A program made the position numbers and the translations under genes. This document shows positions 25,700 to 39,786 of a stretch of DNA of 64,000 bases, in pieces. The stretch comes from Octopus bimaculoides (taxonomy: Eukaryota), in assembly GCF_001194135.2 (NCBI RefSeq), contig NC_068990.1, forward strand, positions 40,056,715-40,120,714, in the 5' to 3' direction. How positions within the stretch are numbered: the first letter of the stretch is position 1; every line of letters starts with the position of its first letter. Below the pieces are notes generated by a model. The model worked only from the letters and a program-made list of their open reading frames with translations, was not told where the DNA came from and did no database searches.

Positions 25700-26480
25700 A
25701 AAGAAAATTGTTGAGCTTTACAGATTACTGGGAAACTTTGCCGAAATTCCTTGCCGAAGACTTGTACTTTCCCTTGAAGAAGTTACTCATTATCTGTTGC
25801 ATCTTGAAGAGCGTGCGATTTAAAGATTCAAGACAGGTTAACGTAAATTTTACCAGAATGGGTAGTGCGTCCGAGCTTCACTAACATAGCTGCAAAACCT
25901 GTTGAAAATGTAGCAAATGCAATTCACCCCCCTCCCCACCACTTTTTTTAGAACATAAGACAATAGCAAATTTAGCAAGAAAGTTTTGCCTGTTCCTCCT
26001 AGAGCATCAATAAATATCAGGCTACCTTCATTGCTGGCGTTTAAACATTGTTTTTTTACTCCAAACAATCCTCTATTCGTTATTGAGCATATTTATGTGA
26101 TCATTATAATCATCTTCAACTGAACGATATATTTTATCTGAATTAACGGGCTCATTTTGTAGCTGATAGGCTGCAGCTAGCAAAACCATAATAAATGTTT
26201 GAACGCTTATATTGAATCAATTGATCATCTACTGTCCCATCTTATATAATCAAAGCTCGTCCCTGCTTCATTTTCAGTAGTTATTGTTTCTCTTTAGCAC
26301 TGTATAAAATCTTCAACTAGAATGTCGTGTTGCATGTATAAATATAAATACTCAGACGGAGAGTGGACATGATGAATTGTAACGAACACATTTCTTAACT
26401 GTTCTGCAAACTGAACAGTTGCTGTCCCACTCATGAACATTTGCCATTCTTGGTTATTTTCAAGATCATTTCTTGGCAAA
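25700..26480 (-). mobile_element. Helitron RepHel remnant (PIF1-like helicase motifs), pseudogenised
   Basis: GSLIFIDALGGTGKTFLLNLLLSYV (Walker A, 25982-25999), ATFSTGFAAMLVKLGRTTHS, EFRQSFPVI, and upstream QFAEQLRNVFVTI; frameshifts and stops. Confidence 0.85.
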
Positions 26481-27237
26481 CATGCTTAAAACTTTCGCAG
26501 TTTACATTGCTGATCGCATGCTAGTAATCAAAAACTTGAAACTCTGGCTTTATGATGAAGCAATCAATCGTCTCTAATAGAATGGTTCTCAAAAAAATTT
26601 TTGCCGTTGTCTTAATATTGTGTTAAAGGAAAGAAACATATAAAAATATAATTTATACATAAACTTCATCGGTTCGCGTTTTAGCCACTGCCGAGTAGCG
26701 TGTTTAATTTGTTCACTGAACACCGCCGCGAATTCCCCCTTGTTTTTCAAAAAAAAGAGAACACCTAAATCACAAAATAAGGGGCGGAGATCTAGCCTAT
26801 TTTTCAAATCCTGGCAGCAACACTGTCGCTGGAAGCAGGATAATAATCTAATTCTTCACTTTATCACATTCAAGAATATAAACACGTTTTTAAGCACAAT
26901 ACACGCGAAATCAATAAGAAACACTACATTTCACCAGCACACAAGAGTGGGCACTGCGTAAACGACAGTGCTGTCTCTCCCAAGGGGGAAGCTTCCTATC
27001 TTGAACATGTGAGCATGCGCACAGCAACCAAACACTGCGTCGCTGGAACTGTGGAACGCACAGTTCTATACAAGGATTTTTGTATTTTTTTTTTTCGTAA
27101 ATTAAGGGATGGCTACTGACATTAAGTTTAAGGATTATATAATGTACAAGCATAAAGTAGGAATTATAGCAAAAAGACTCATTATATTGAATGTTAACGA
27201 TAATATTAAGCGGAAATAGGAGGTGCTGCAGTTCCGC

Positions 27238-27785
27238 AGGCGAAATTTTTTTCCCACGAGAGTTTCGGACCCCAGTTATGTACTCATTTGCATACAGCCA
27301 ATCAAAGCTCAACTACCAAACTAATTTATGAACGCATAACAAGTGACGGGTGATAAGATAAGGTCACTTGGGTAAGGAATGACCATGCTGCTTTTCTCTG
27401 TTGATAATGCTTGTGGATCTTGTTCTTGTTTCAACCATGGCTGCCTTTGCGTAGTTATTTATGTTGTTGTTTACATTCTAAAACAGTAAGGGGAGAGGGT
27501 TGCTAGCACATCCCCCTCCACCCATATTTTTCTCATCCACATCTTTACCATATGAGACCCTAATAAAATCCGATAATAGGTATAGATGCAAATCTATCTA
27601 ATTGCTTGTCTCCTTCTATCAGGCATAACTTGGCGATCGGTCGACTTACAACAGCGTTCTTCGTCTTAAGTTTACTTGGTAGAGTGTGTTTGTTAACTTG
27701 ACATGGTCACGGTGAGATCTGATTGGTTGTATGCAAATGAGGTCATTACTGGGGTCCGGAACTATAGTAGGAAAGAAATTCGCGT
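27238..27785. mobile_element. MITE with about 75-bp TIRs containing octamer and CCAAT motifs, copy 1
   Basis: Collinear with 47860-48369; ATTTGCAT 27286-27293, CCAAT 27298-27302, mirrored ATTGG 27722-27726, ATGCAAAT 27731-27738. Confidence 0.8.
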
Positions 27786-28239
27786 TCCTCCGTGCCTGTA
27801 CACGAGTCGCCACTGACATTGGTTCTCTCTGTGATGCATGCTCAGTGTATAACAATACCAACTGTCCCTGAGAGGATAACTCTCATGGAGTTACTACTAA
27901 TAAAATTAATATTAGAAAGCAAGATGTTTTAATTCATTGTGAGAAGAACCGATTTTTATGCTAATAACTAACAAACGTAGTGGGAAATAATCTCCGAAGT
28001 TTAAATTAAGATTAATTAAAAATAGATGGCATTGGAAAAAGAAGAGTTGGTACGATCATGGGAGTGGGGGGAGCAGTACAAGGAGATAGGTTTGTTCCCT
28101 CCTCCGCTTGATTCCGCTTCACACCATTTCTGGTAGAACGAGCCAACGAGGAAACCGAGTGACCAAAAACCTCAGCGGTTGATTTCGGTGTTCATGTTGT
28201 GGTAGATGACTGTTGTTGATGTGGTTATTCTTTTGCTGC

Positions 28240-28307
28240 TGCCACTACTACTACTACTGCTACTACTACTACTACTACTACTACTGCTGCTACTGCTGCT
28301 GCTGCTG

Positions 28308-28351
<44 letters not shown>

Positions 28352-28437
28352 GCTACTGCTTACTACTACTACTACTACTACTACTGCTACTACTACTACT
28401 ACTACTACTGCTACTACTACTACTACTACTACTGCTG

Positions 28438-28478
<41 letters not shown>

Positions 28479-28513
28479 GCTACTGCTTACTACTACTACT
28501 ACTACTACTACTG

Positions 28514-28549
<36 letters not shown>

Positions 28550-29085
28550 GCTTTACTACTTGTACTGTTACTACAATTAGCTCCACCGGCACAATCACTA
28601 ACACCACCACGACCACTACTACATCTACTTTCACCACCACTATAACAATAATCACCACCGCTACTACTACAACTATTCTTATCACCAACACCACCTCTAC
28701 TATAGCAACAACCACAACTATCATCACCTCTACTTCTACTACTAACTTCTACTGGTGCTACTGATGATGATGATGATGATGAGTAGGAAAGGGAGGATGA
28801 TAATGATGGTACACTATATAGTTGTTGCTCTCATTTTTGTCATTATGGTTGTTTTTATTCTTGTGGTTGTTGTTGTTCTGGTGGTGGTGGTGGTGGTGGT
28901 GGTGGTGGTGGTGGTGGTGGTGGTACTGGCTGCAGCGGTGGCGGCGGCGGCGGCGATAGCAGTGGTTGCGGCCATTACTGTTAAAGTTGATCTTGCCTTT
29001 TATTCAATTGTTGTTGTTACAGCTGGTGTTGTTGTTTTTGGGATTGGTGGTGGTGGTGGTGGTGGTGATGGTGATGGTGGTGGTG
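28240..29085. repeat. (CTA)n, (CAC/CTA) and (GGT)n low-complexity block
   Basis: Direct. Confidence 0.9.
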
Positions 29086-29468
29086 GGTTTTTCATATCTC
29101 ATTCTTTTTATTATTGTTGTTTATTATTGTCATTTATCATTAAAGCCTAAATAAAAAACCAAAATCTATAGAACATGTGCAACTTTAAAGTGAATTTTCA
29201 CCTGGGAAACTGGATAGATCGATACAATGGATTGATCTGCTCCTAAATGTGTATATACACGTATACATATGTGTGTGTGCGCGCGCGTGTGTATGTGAGC
29301 TGCGCATATGTATACTTATATATTTGTATTAATGTATGCATATATGTATAAACATACGTACGTATCTACGTATGTATGTACACACACACTCACACACACA
29401 TACACATCCAATAATAATACCATTGTGTTCGCGTTTAATCTTTTTCATAAATTTATATATGTGCGTGC

Positions 29469-29509
<41 letters not shown>

Positions 29510-29829
29510 TATACCCTAGTCTTTTTTATGCTTAATTTGGGACAATGGCGTTTATAAATCCATTAATATTTCAATACCTACTCAGCCGCGTCCTTCTAAA
29601 CGAAGTGAATGATAATGGAACCAAATATGCCAAGAAATATTTATGGACAGTTTCTATTGCACTGCACGACCAAAGTTCCGTTCCTCTTCCTAAAAGGTAA
29701 AATTTATACCTGGCAGGATGGAGTGACCATGTTCTTAACTTCGGTTCATAAACTTAGATAAACTTAGATTTGTTTCGACCAAAGATGGGTCCAGGCTATG
29801 TCTAACTTAATAGCACCACGTGATAGGAT

Positions 29830-30130
29830 TATCTAAATCCTTTTTACAGTCAAGTTTTGTCTATGGTCCATTCAAGTAGTGAGTTCTTATTGAGTGAGTT
29901 GTATCCAGGTATGGGTGGCTTGTCTGGTATTCTTTGAAGAAAGCTGTCTAGACTCCGTTTAAAGCTTTTATTTGTTTCGAGACAATGTTAAACAGGGCAC
30001 ATATTTGCAGTATCGTACAGGGCTGGTGTTGAAAAGAAGTTTATTCCTAAACATAATCATTCTTTGATTATGATCCATGTTGGGTGGTATCTTTCGTATA
30101 TTAGTTTTATTGGGGAAAGGTTATTAATTG
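29830..30130 (-). mobile_element. CR1-type LINE 3' end remnant
   Basis: KSFKRSLDSFLQRIPDKPPIPGYNSLNKNSLLEW, typical CR1 C-terminus. Confidence 0.7.
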
Positions 30131-30884
30131 GCCTCTCGGTCTCTGCTAGAGAAGAGAAACTATGAGTTATCACATGCAGTGTTGTGCTTCTAAGAGCGCA
30201 GCTTAGTCGATTCTGAAGGAAGAGAAATAGGGGGCAAGAACCGACCGTTGCTACTTGAATGGTCCCTTCCGGTTCGAAAGCAAAAAACAGGTAAAGTTGA
30301 TTTCAATGAGTTTTGAAATCAGACCTCTGAGAGCCGGAACAAACATCGCAATGGATTTTATCCGACATTCTGGTGAATCTGCTAAATAAAATTTTAAACT
30401 TAACTACATCATGTGTGTGGTTGTGTGTGTGTGTGTGTGTGTACGTACGTACGAACGTACATATATGTGTGTGTATGTGTGTGTGTGTGTGTGCTTGTGC
30501 GTGTATACGTACATATGTGTGTGTGTGTGTGTGTATCGTTATCGATTGTCAGACGATGTGTTTGTTCATTCTTGCCGTACAAGCTGCACCCATTGGTTGC
30601 TTCTGTAGTGTGACGTCATGTGTTGCCGAATACTGAAACACACGTAACAACTGGATTAAAGGATAACCAAATTATGTCCATATTCTTTTCTCTTATTATA
30701 TATGTATGTATGCACGTATGCACGTATGTATGTATATGTGTGTGTGTGCGCGCATGTATATATGTTTGTGCGTGTGTACAATTTATATATATTCATTCAT
30801 ATATATATGTAAATATACTCATGTATATGTGTGTGTCTGTGTATAGTTCATATACACGTAAACTCATTCACAAATGTATATCAA

Positions 30885-30925
<41 letters not shown>

Positions 30926-31339
30926 ACACGTTAGTAGACCAGGCTGTAGGACAATACTAGAACGATTTTATCAGTACAGATCCAACATGCACATCATCCA
31001 ATCAAAACACACGAATCTCGCATACTATAATTTATTAACCTAGTTCCTGCATCTTAGTTATACAATGGATGAGTACGTTATTTAAAAACAGAAACTCATA
31101 AAAGCAGAACACAACGTGTATCACATCTAATTATTACAAATTAAGAATATATTGCAAAAACGCCAAAATTAAGAACTTCATCAACACGAAACTACAAACC
31201 AAGGAACGTCGATTAAGCAACCAATGTCACACACAAAGTTCTATGTAAATATATAAATTATTCATTGTTAAACGTTTACGATATTTTCTCGTCAGTTGAC
31301 TATGCCTTGTCAAGGACATTTGTCAGGTGAATATGGAAA

Positions 31340-31547
31340 GTCGTTGGCACAAGGCCAGTAAGTTCAGGAAGAGGGTAAGCCGATTACGTCGACCCTAGTG
31401 ATCAACTAGTACTTATTTCATCGATCCTGAAGAGTTGAAAGCCAAAGGCAACTCCGGTGGAAGTTGAACTAGGAATGTGAAGACCAGGCGAGATGCCGCT
31501 AAGCTTTTTGCCCAGTGTGCTAACGATTCTGCCAGCTCACCGCCTTA
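31340..31547 (-). mobile_element. SINE family C
   Basis: Head CTAACGATTCTGCCAGCTCACCGCCTT, degenerate core. Confidence 0.8.
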
Positions 31548-31984
31548 AGTTGGGAGAATATTAATTAATAGGACATTCTATAGAGAAGTCCGCATTCTAT
31601 ATAGGAGATTAATTGAGAAAGCTTTATTAATAACATACAAACCATAAACCAGCTCTCAAATATGGCAATCATACAAAAATAAAATACGAAAGTGACCAGG
31701 AATAGAAGGTTAAACAATCTTAAATACAGAGTTGGTGATTTTTATCAGTAACATTATTCCATAATTCCTCGCAGTCCACAGTAAAACGTGGCAACAACGC
31801 TCCACTGCTACGATTTCAGTTAGAACACGAGGGTAAATTGCTGAAATGTTAACGGACATAGAGAAGTTATTGTTTCAAACTAAGTCTAAATGCTAGATAC
31901 AGGAATATGACAATAGAAACGTATTCAGGTATATGTGTGTATACACTATACACGTGCATACAAATATACAAAGAATGCTTTACT

Positions 31985-32053
<69 letters not shown>

Positions 32054-32092
32054 ATATATTTACGTATATTATACATGTAAATATGTGGGTGT

Positions 32093-32136
<44 letters not shown>

Positions 32137-34497
32137 CAGAGACAGAAACAGACAGACAGACAGAAACATAAGGGATTGGATATCGGTGTATATGTGTATA
32201 TATACAATTCTAAACGTTCAAAGACAATAATATGTCTCACGTATATATTGACCAGTTAGATGCATTATTTACCAACGAGAGGAACCGCTACGTGGTCTCA
32301 CAACTGGCTAGAAATACAAGCCAAATCTACCCCAAACCACAACAACTTTAAATTCGGGAAAATGCAGTAAATGATACTGTGGGAGATGAGAAGGTGATCA
32401 CTGGAAGACCTTCGATCATAAGTCTTACCTATGCTTTGATCAGAGTTAATCTACACTATGCGTACATGTACCTATGGATATTTCTTCGTATGACTGTCTT
32501 ATGGACGCATGTATGTTTGTATGTATCATTGCATTATGCGTGTTTATATTTATATATGTAGGTATTTTGTTGTTCTTGCTGCTACTGTTTAACCCTAGGT
32601 CAAACCTGATTGATCAATTTTTTTTATTCAAAATCATCCTAACCTTCACTTTCCCCTTTTGAGACAGTTTATCTCATATATTATCCAATTTGTCCTTCAA
32701 TATTTATAGAAAGATGGTGGTGGGATTTAAGATATTTGTGCTATTTGTAGCTGGTCGTGCAACAACGTATAGGAATTCTACTTAGGTCGTATGAACATGC
32801 ATGCGCCTGTAAGAATATAAGTATGCATGTATGTATGTATGTATGTATGTATGTATGTATGTATGTATGTATGTATTATCATTCTATTCATATATGTGTA
32901 TGCATGTATGTATGACAATGCAGAAGTAGTATAGCAGAGGATGTATAAATATGTCTGTGCATATATATTGATTTATATATATGCACACACAAACCTACAA
33001 ACATACATACATGCATATATATACACACATACACATTATATATATATATATGTGTGTATGTGTGTATGTATGTATGCAGGTACGCACGTATGTACACGTG
33101 CTTCCATATAAGTATCTGTGTTTTAAATTCTTTGAATTCTTCGTACAAAAAGAGCTTCGGTCGCTAACAAAGAAACAAAGCACCATCATTGTACAGGCTT
33201 CAACAACAGTCTAGAGTTACATGCTACATTTTAGAAAAATCTCTTAGAATTTTCTTTGTTCTGCTTACACACGGCATTTACAGAATGCTTCAAAATAACC
33301 TTTTTTACTTTGCTAAAAATCCCCAACTAGTCAAGATTATTGAAGTCAGCATCAAGTAAAAATTCCAATGTTGTGGGTAAAAGGTACTATGGTCCTTGAC
33401 AGTATTATAGCAAGCACTTAATCAAGTATGGATTACAACTCTCAACATATTTTGGCGGTATTTATCCTTCACAGCGATCTGTAGACTTAGCTGTACTTGC
33501 TGACGTAGTATTGAGAGCACCACTAAATAAATATAAATTAATGTACATGAGTGGGTGTGAAAAAAATAGCCTATAAGTTATAGTCTAACCAGAGCCTACT
33601 GGTCCATTTGGCTCGTGCATATCCCGGTTTCTGTGGCGTTGAAGCAACTGGAACTACGAGACTTACCCTTCCCATTGAACAGTCCATTTAATGGTTATTC
33701 CCTCCTGCTATCGCTGATGCACAATTTCAGTCGTGACGGTATAATGAAATACCTTGTGCAAGAACAGCGAGAATCAAATCTATGACAAAATCAACAACCT
33801 AACCTAAAGGATACGCGCTTTCACATTTAATGTAAGGGTCAATGAAAATTCAGTGAGAAATATCTATGCGGTGAGGAAAGTACGACATTAATTAAATGGT
33901 TAATATTATTTATTCTATATTAATGCTTTAATATTTGGTAACTCAAGTACAACAGCGTTTACATGTAAACTAGCAATTATAATTTGGGAAGGCATATTGC
34001 TGGTTTACAAGAACTGAAGCTGTTTTTGGTTATTGATTTGCAATGCAATGTTCACATCCGTTGGGCAATTGTCTACAGTCGAACGTTACCTTTGGTTTAA
34101 TCCCAGACAACAATGTCGGGCTTATTGTTCATACATTTAGGAGAGATTTTGAGGAAAATGGCCCGTTAGTATTCTTTGTACTGAAACATGTGAATGAACT
34201 CGATAGCAGTTATTTTTTTATGGTTACCTATACATGTGTGTATGTGATTGGATGGATGGATAGATGATGGATGTATTGATGGATGGATGTTCAAATTTTA
34301 TTTTTTTAAAATTTTTCTCCAACTGACAAAAAGCTGGTTTCCTACAAAAACAAGGCTCTTTCTATTGGATATAAAACAGCGCCAACTATCCATGCAGCGC
34401 TTTCTCAGTGAACTAGTCAATTTTTAAAATTTTGTTCTGATAAATCGAATCTACCAATGTATGTATGTATGTATGCATGTATTTATCTATCTATCTG

Positions 34498-34586
<89 letters not shown>

Positions 34587-34920
34587 TTGTCTGTCTATCT
34601 ATCATCTGTCTGTCTCAGTCAACTTATTTATTTGTATGTATGAATGTATGAATGTATGTATGTATGTATGCATGTATGTATGTATTTATGTATAAGTCTG
34701 CGAGCGTTTCTATATGCCTGTCTATATGTGTGTGCGTTTGTGTATATGTAATGTGCATGTGGAAGCTTTTACTTGGTTACATATGTGTGGTCGACGCAGC
34801 TATATAGCTAAGAGTACCTTGGTAACGTTGAGTTTGAACTCCCAGAGTTTCATAGTTAGACAAAAAGCAAAGTGAGTGCGTTTATGTGAAAGAGTGTGTG
34901 TGTGTGTGTATGTGTGTGTG

Positions 34921-35152
34921 TTATTTCTTTACTACCCACAAGGCGCTACACACTAAGGGGACAAACAAAGACAGACAAACGGATTAAGTCGATTATATCG
35001 ACCTCAGTGCGTAACTGGTACTTATTTAATCGACCCCGAAAGGATGAAAGGCAAAGTCGACCTCGGCGGAATTTGAACTCAGAACGTAGCGGCAGACGAA
35101 ATACCGCTAAGCATTTCGCCCGGCGTGTTAACGTTTCTGCCAGCTCGCCTTT
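34921..35152 (-). mobile_element. SINE family C, long-tail variant, young
   Basis: Near-consensus match to unit 1 of the 22681 trimer. Confidence 0.9.
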
Positions 35153-35729
35153 AAGAGTGTGTGTGTGTGCATATGTGTGTGTGTGAGTCTGTCTGTCTGT
35201 CTGTGTGCGTGCGTGCGTGCATGCGTACGTGTGTACATTTTGTAAATTTGCAGGTCTGTGGAAATATGTATGTATCGAGATGAATGTGATTATATAATAC
35301 TAGTTATGGTATCAGGCCATGATGTTGTCTTATAACGTATTGATGTTGTTATTGTTGTTGTTGTTGTTGTCGTCGTCGTCGTCATTGTTGCTATTGTTTA
35401 AGCCCAGATCAACTATGATCAATCGCACCTACGATAAAATGCATTTCAATCACAAACAAAGTATCTATTTCACGTATATCTACGACTACATTTATCCAGC
35501 CTGTCCTTCCCTCTTTTAAGATAGGAGGGCATGATTTAAGAGAAATGTGGCTGCCTTTTCCGGAGACCGTATGGAAGGTAAATTTCGAATTCGAAATGAT
35601 CTGTTCTAATGCACTTGCAATCCTTCAATACACGCTATTGTTGCGTGGCAGGCAATGTTATACGGTGTGTTATTTTGTGACTAGTAAATATATTGTATGG
35701 TATGTATTGTACACAGTGACGTTTGTAAG

Positions 35730-36030
35730 GTTGTTGCATAGCGTGGTGTTGTGTTCCTTTCAATGGTGTTGTGTGGCTTGTGATGTTGAGTTATAATGTT
35801 TGTGTAGCTTCCACAGGAGTTATGTGGCTTGTAATGCTGAAGTATGAATTGTGTAACTTCCACAAGTGTTGTGTGGTTTCCATTGGTGTTGCATGGCTTT
35901 CAGTCGTGTTGTCTGGCTTACGGTGGCATCGTGTGGCTTCCATTAGTATCGCGTGGCTTCCGATAGTGTTGTTTGTCTTCCGATGGTATTATGTAGCTTG
36001 CAATGATGTCGTGCAGTGTGGTGTTGTGAG
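35730..36030. repeat. Diverged about 20-bp minisatellite (GTGTTGTGTGGCTTCCATTG-like)
   Basis: Recurring GTG.TGTGTGGCTT motif. Confidence 0.6.
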
Positions 36031-36291
36031 AGTTGCAGTGATGTTATATGATCTGACTCAGTGTGTTTTGTAATGTAGTCATGGTCGTACAGCCCCCAAA
36101 TAGGTTTGATCGCGTCTCAGCTTTATGTGGTTCGTCAGTAAAACAAGTCACGAACCTCAGATATGCTGTTCCAGAAGTGGAGTTAGGTCGACAGGAGCAT
36201 TGCTGGGCTAGGGTAATTGTAGCGTTGTAGTACGGTTTGATACGATGTAGTGCAGTATTAGCGCAGCTGTAGTGCTGTTATAGGATTTAAT

Positions 36292-37412
36292 TACTGTATA
36301 TACTCCTTTAAAAGTCGAATTTTTTAGACCTTTTTTTTAAGGTCAAATTTATGGGGTCGATTATTATTACATGGATATTACTTTTGAGGGGTTGAAATTC
36401 AAGCGAGAATCCGAAGTACCGTATCAGCAGTAGAGGCCCAACTGATCTCTTAGCAAATAAAAACAAGAACACAATGAATCACAGTAATATTACCAATACT
36501 ATGCTTCAAAACACGCGTCCTTGTAAATAACAAAACCTGTAAACAAGACCGCTTAGCTCTCATGTGCAGTTACCAGTAAATGTCTATAATGTGGTGTAGA
36601 GTTGTTAATCTGGAGCGAGGATTCCCAAAATGTATTCTGCAAAACCTCAGGGTTCCCTGAAAGTTATCAGGGGTTCCACGCTTTTAAAAATAATGTCGAA
36701 GGATTCCGCGGCCAAAAACGTTTGGGAACCACTGATCAGGCGATTAACTAAATGATTTTAAGCTTACCGAAGTCATGCCTCTGTGCGAATTCATGCAGTG
36801 GTGCTTGCTGTGGTCGCCGAGAGTGCAGTCTGTGAAACAGACAAGCGTATGACGCATGTGTTTATTGTATTTTGGAGATGAGGAAAATATAAAGGTCGCA
36901 TGGGAACCACTGATCTAGCGATTAATTGAATGCTTTTAGGCTTGTCAAAGTCATACCTTTGTACGAATTCAGACAGTGGCGTTTGCCAGTGTTTGTCAAT
37001 AATGTTATATGTGAAACACGTTTCTCACCATGTAAACAATGAGTGTATGATGCATGTGTTTATTGTGCTTCAAGATATATGCAGGCTTGCAGCATACCTG
37101 TGCATACATTTTTGCAATGGTGATGTAGCACCCATCAACAGATGTGTAGCACCCATCAACAGATGTGTAGCACTCGCTATTAAATAGCATTGAGCTTTCC
37201 ATTACAAGCGCCAAGAATTCCACCTACAGAGAAGGCTACAGTAATTTTGTAACAGTGTCATTTCTATGTACAGGATAATACGGTACCTTGGACGCCCAAG
37301 TGTTGTCCTGTTGTTCGTGAAATACTAGGGTCGACTTTTATACGGGGTCTATGGAAAATTCCCAGATTTTGGCCAAAAATAAGGATCGACTATTATTCCA
37401 ATAAATACGGTA
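36292..37412. mobile_element. Possible pogo/Tigger-like non-autonomous element with nested insertions
   Basis: Ends TACTGTATATACTC..AAAAGTCGA and TCGACTATTATTCCAATAAATACGGTA; GGGTCGA subterminal motifs at both ends. Confidence 0.4.
36616..36734. mobile_element. Small old hAT MITE
   Basis: CGAGGATTCCCAAA / TTTGGGAACCACTG; TSD-like ATCTGGAG / ATCAGGCG. Confidence 0.55.
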
Positions 37413-37459
37413 TTTGTGAAGCAGTGAGGGTGTAATAGTACGGTTACAATCGAGACTGG

Positions 37460-37663
37460 AATAGTATGATGTATCGTAAGTGAAAAAATGCTAGAGCGAA
37501 ATAGTATGGTGTATCGTAAGTGCAATAGTCAAGATTGAAATATTACGGTGTATATTAAGTGCAATAATAGAGTTACAGCCTGGATAGGAATAGTATGGTG
37601 TATCGAAAGTACATTAGTAGTATTGCACTGTACATAGAAATAGTATGGTGTATTGTTGAGTGT
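37460..37663. repeat. Five copies of a 24-bp motif with variable spacers
   Basis: AATAGTATGGTGTATCGTAAGTGC-like at 37460, 37500, 37539, 37589, 37639. Confidence 0.75.
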
Positions 37664-38139
37664 AGTAGTAGCACAGCAGTTTGGAAAAGGGTAATGTAGT
37701 ATTCCTACACTTCTAGTCTTATTTTCAAAACTGGAAAACGTGGTGTCGTATGATAACAGAGCTCGTAGTACCGCATCCCATGGTGGAAAAGGTACGAAGT
37801 ATTGTATATGATTCAGTAGTTTGTAACATAGAACAGTGTAGTTTAGTACAACTGCAGTGATATACTAACATGGTATCCATCTCATCATCTCCAACCCGCA
37901 ACTAGCTTCTGTTCTTACTGTAAACTGTTTCTTCGTTTACATCCGACAATTGGTGACATCAAGATGTAGTGTTGTCGGGTGGGGAAGGGGGTAAATAGGT
38001 AAGAATTGTATGGTGAACAGGTAAACGGTAAGGTGTCAGCAAATATTGGGGATGTGCTTAGAAGGTGAGGGGAAAAACAAAAGTCGCGGTCGGTTAGTTT
38101 CTGCGTTGTTATTGATTTTTATAGACACCCCTACCACTA

Positions 38140-38313
38140 CCGTCACCACCACCGTCACCACCACCACCGCCACCACCACCGCCACCACCACCACCACCAC
38201 CACTATCACCAGTGTCGCCGCTACCAACACCGTCACCACCAGTCCCGCCAAGACTACTGTCATTATTCAACAGTATCACGTTACCCCCATCACATAGTCA
38301 TAACCATCATCGT

Positions 38314-38388
<75 letters not shown>

Positions 38389-38502
38389 CGACCATTGTTA
38401 TCACCGTCACCACCAACGACATCACTACCGGTGCCACTTACGACTACTACTACTACTGCTGTAGCTGCTACTGTTGCTACTACTACTACTACTACCAACA
38501 CC

Positions 38503-38578
<76 letters not shown>

Positions 38579-38580
38579 TG
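38140..38580. repeat. (CAC)n/(CTA)n microsatellite block
   Basis: Direct. Confidence 0.9.
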
Positions 38581-38747
38581 TCATCAACCGCACGCCCATC
38601 TTGCAAGCATCCAACAGCAATTCGGCTCTGTGGTGGTGGTGGTGGGGGGTTAGTAGTTAAGATAGTTTATGACACTACCCCCAACCTTCTCGCAGACTCC
38701 CTTTCCTGGAGGAAGGAAGAAAGAGATAAAAGATACCTGTTACATTA

Positions 38748-38790
<43 letters not shown>

Positions 38791-39448
38791 TCTCTCTCTC
38801 TCACTCAAACACACACACGCGTTAGAGACAGGTTAGTAGAAGGGATCATCCAAGAACACTGGGAGGGAGGGACCAGACGGAGTATGGAAGTGTAGGTGGT
38901 GGCAGCAATATGATATGCTGGTAGTGGTGGAGTAAGGGAGGTGGCAGTGGTGATAGTGGAGGTGGGGTATGGCAGTAGCAGCAGCAGTGATGGCGATCAT
39001 GGCGGCGGTCGTGGTGGTTGTGGTGATGGTTGTGGCGGCGGTGTGAGCAGGTGTGTATAAGGTGGTAGATGACTCAGATTTACAAAAGATACGCAGTCGA
39101 CAATGTAGAGTGTGTGTGGGGGGGGGGTATCATGAATGGGTGGAGCAAGTACAAGGGTAGGGGAAAGGCCGAACAACGGAAACTGAAATAACGGGTATCT
39201 ACAATGGCAAATGTAGGGGACATGAAGTATTAAGGACTCTACATGTAAATACTAAAATGTGCTCTTTGTTTGTTAAAATACGCTCTTGGGGAAGAGAATA
39301 GAATTGTAAACTGAATCCTCCTTTCTTTCTTCTTTTATCTCTTTTTCCCCCTTCACTATATGTGTTTCACTATCTACTTCAGGTAGATCAATTAATTTTA
39401 CTCCTCTTCTTAAACTGTATAACAGCATTGCCTGTCACGCAACACACA

Positions 39449-39665
39449 CAAGGCGGTGAGCTGGCAGAAACCGTTAGGGCATTGGACAGAATGCTTAGCG
39501 TCAATTCTTCCAGCTCTTTACGTTCAGATTTCAAATTACATCGAGGTCCGCTTTCCCTTTCGTCCTTTCCCGATCGATAGAATAAAGTATCAGTTGAGCA
39601 CTGGGATCGATGTAATCAGCTTACCACTCCTACTAAAATTGCTGATTATTGTGCCCAAATTTGAA
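39449..39665 (+). mobile_element. SINE family C
   Basis: AAGGCGGTGAGCTGGCAGAAACCGTTAG head and core. Confidence 0.85.
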
Positions 39666-39747
39666 ACATTTCAATTACACACATATGCATATCTACCTAC
39701 ATCACTGCATGCATCTATCTATCTATTCTATTCTATTCTAGTCTATT

Positions 39748-39786
<39 letters not shown>

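Noticed and set aside
28206-29154. Poly-L/T/V/Y/H/D ORFs (also at 13.2, 17.6, 38.2, 44.6, 46.1, 47 and 62.5 kb)
   Set aside because: Translations of triplet microsatellites, open in several frames and on both strands
31262-31302. Minus-strand CTGACGAGAAAATATCGTAAACGTT HHR-like relic
   Set aside because: Insertion in GAAA, 2-bp stem II and broken stem I; may be a very old relic but cannot be supported
37460-37663. CRISPR array
   Set aside because: Eukaryotic context, degenerate repeats, 15-26 bp spacers, no cas genes
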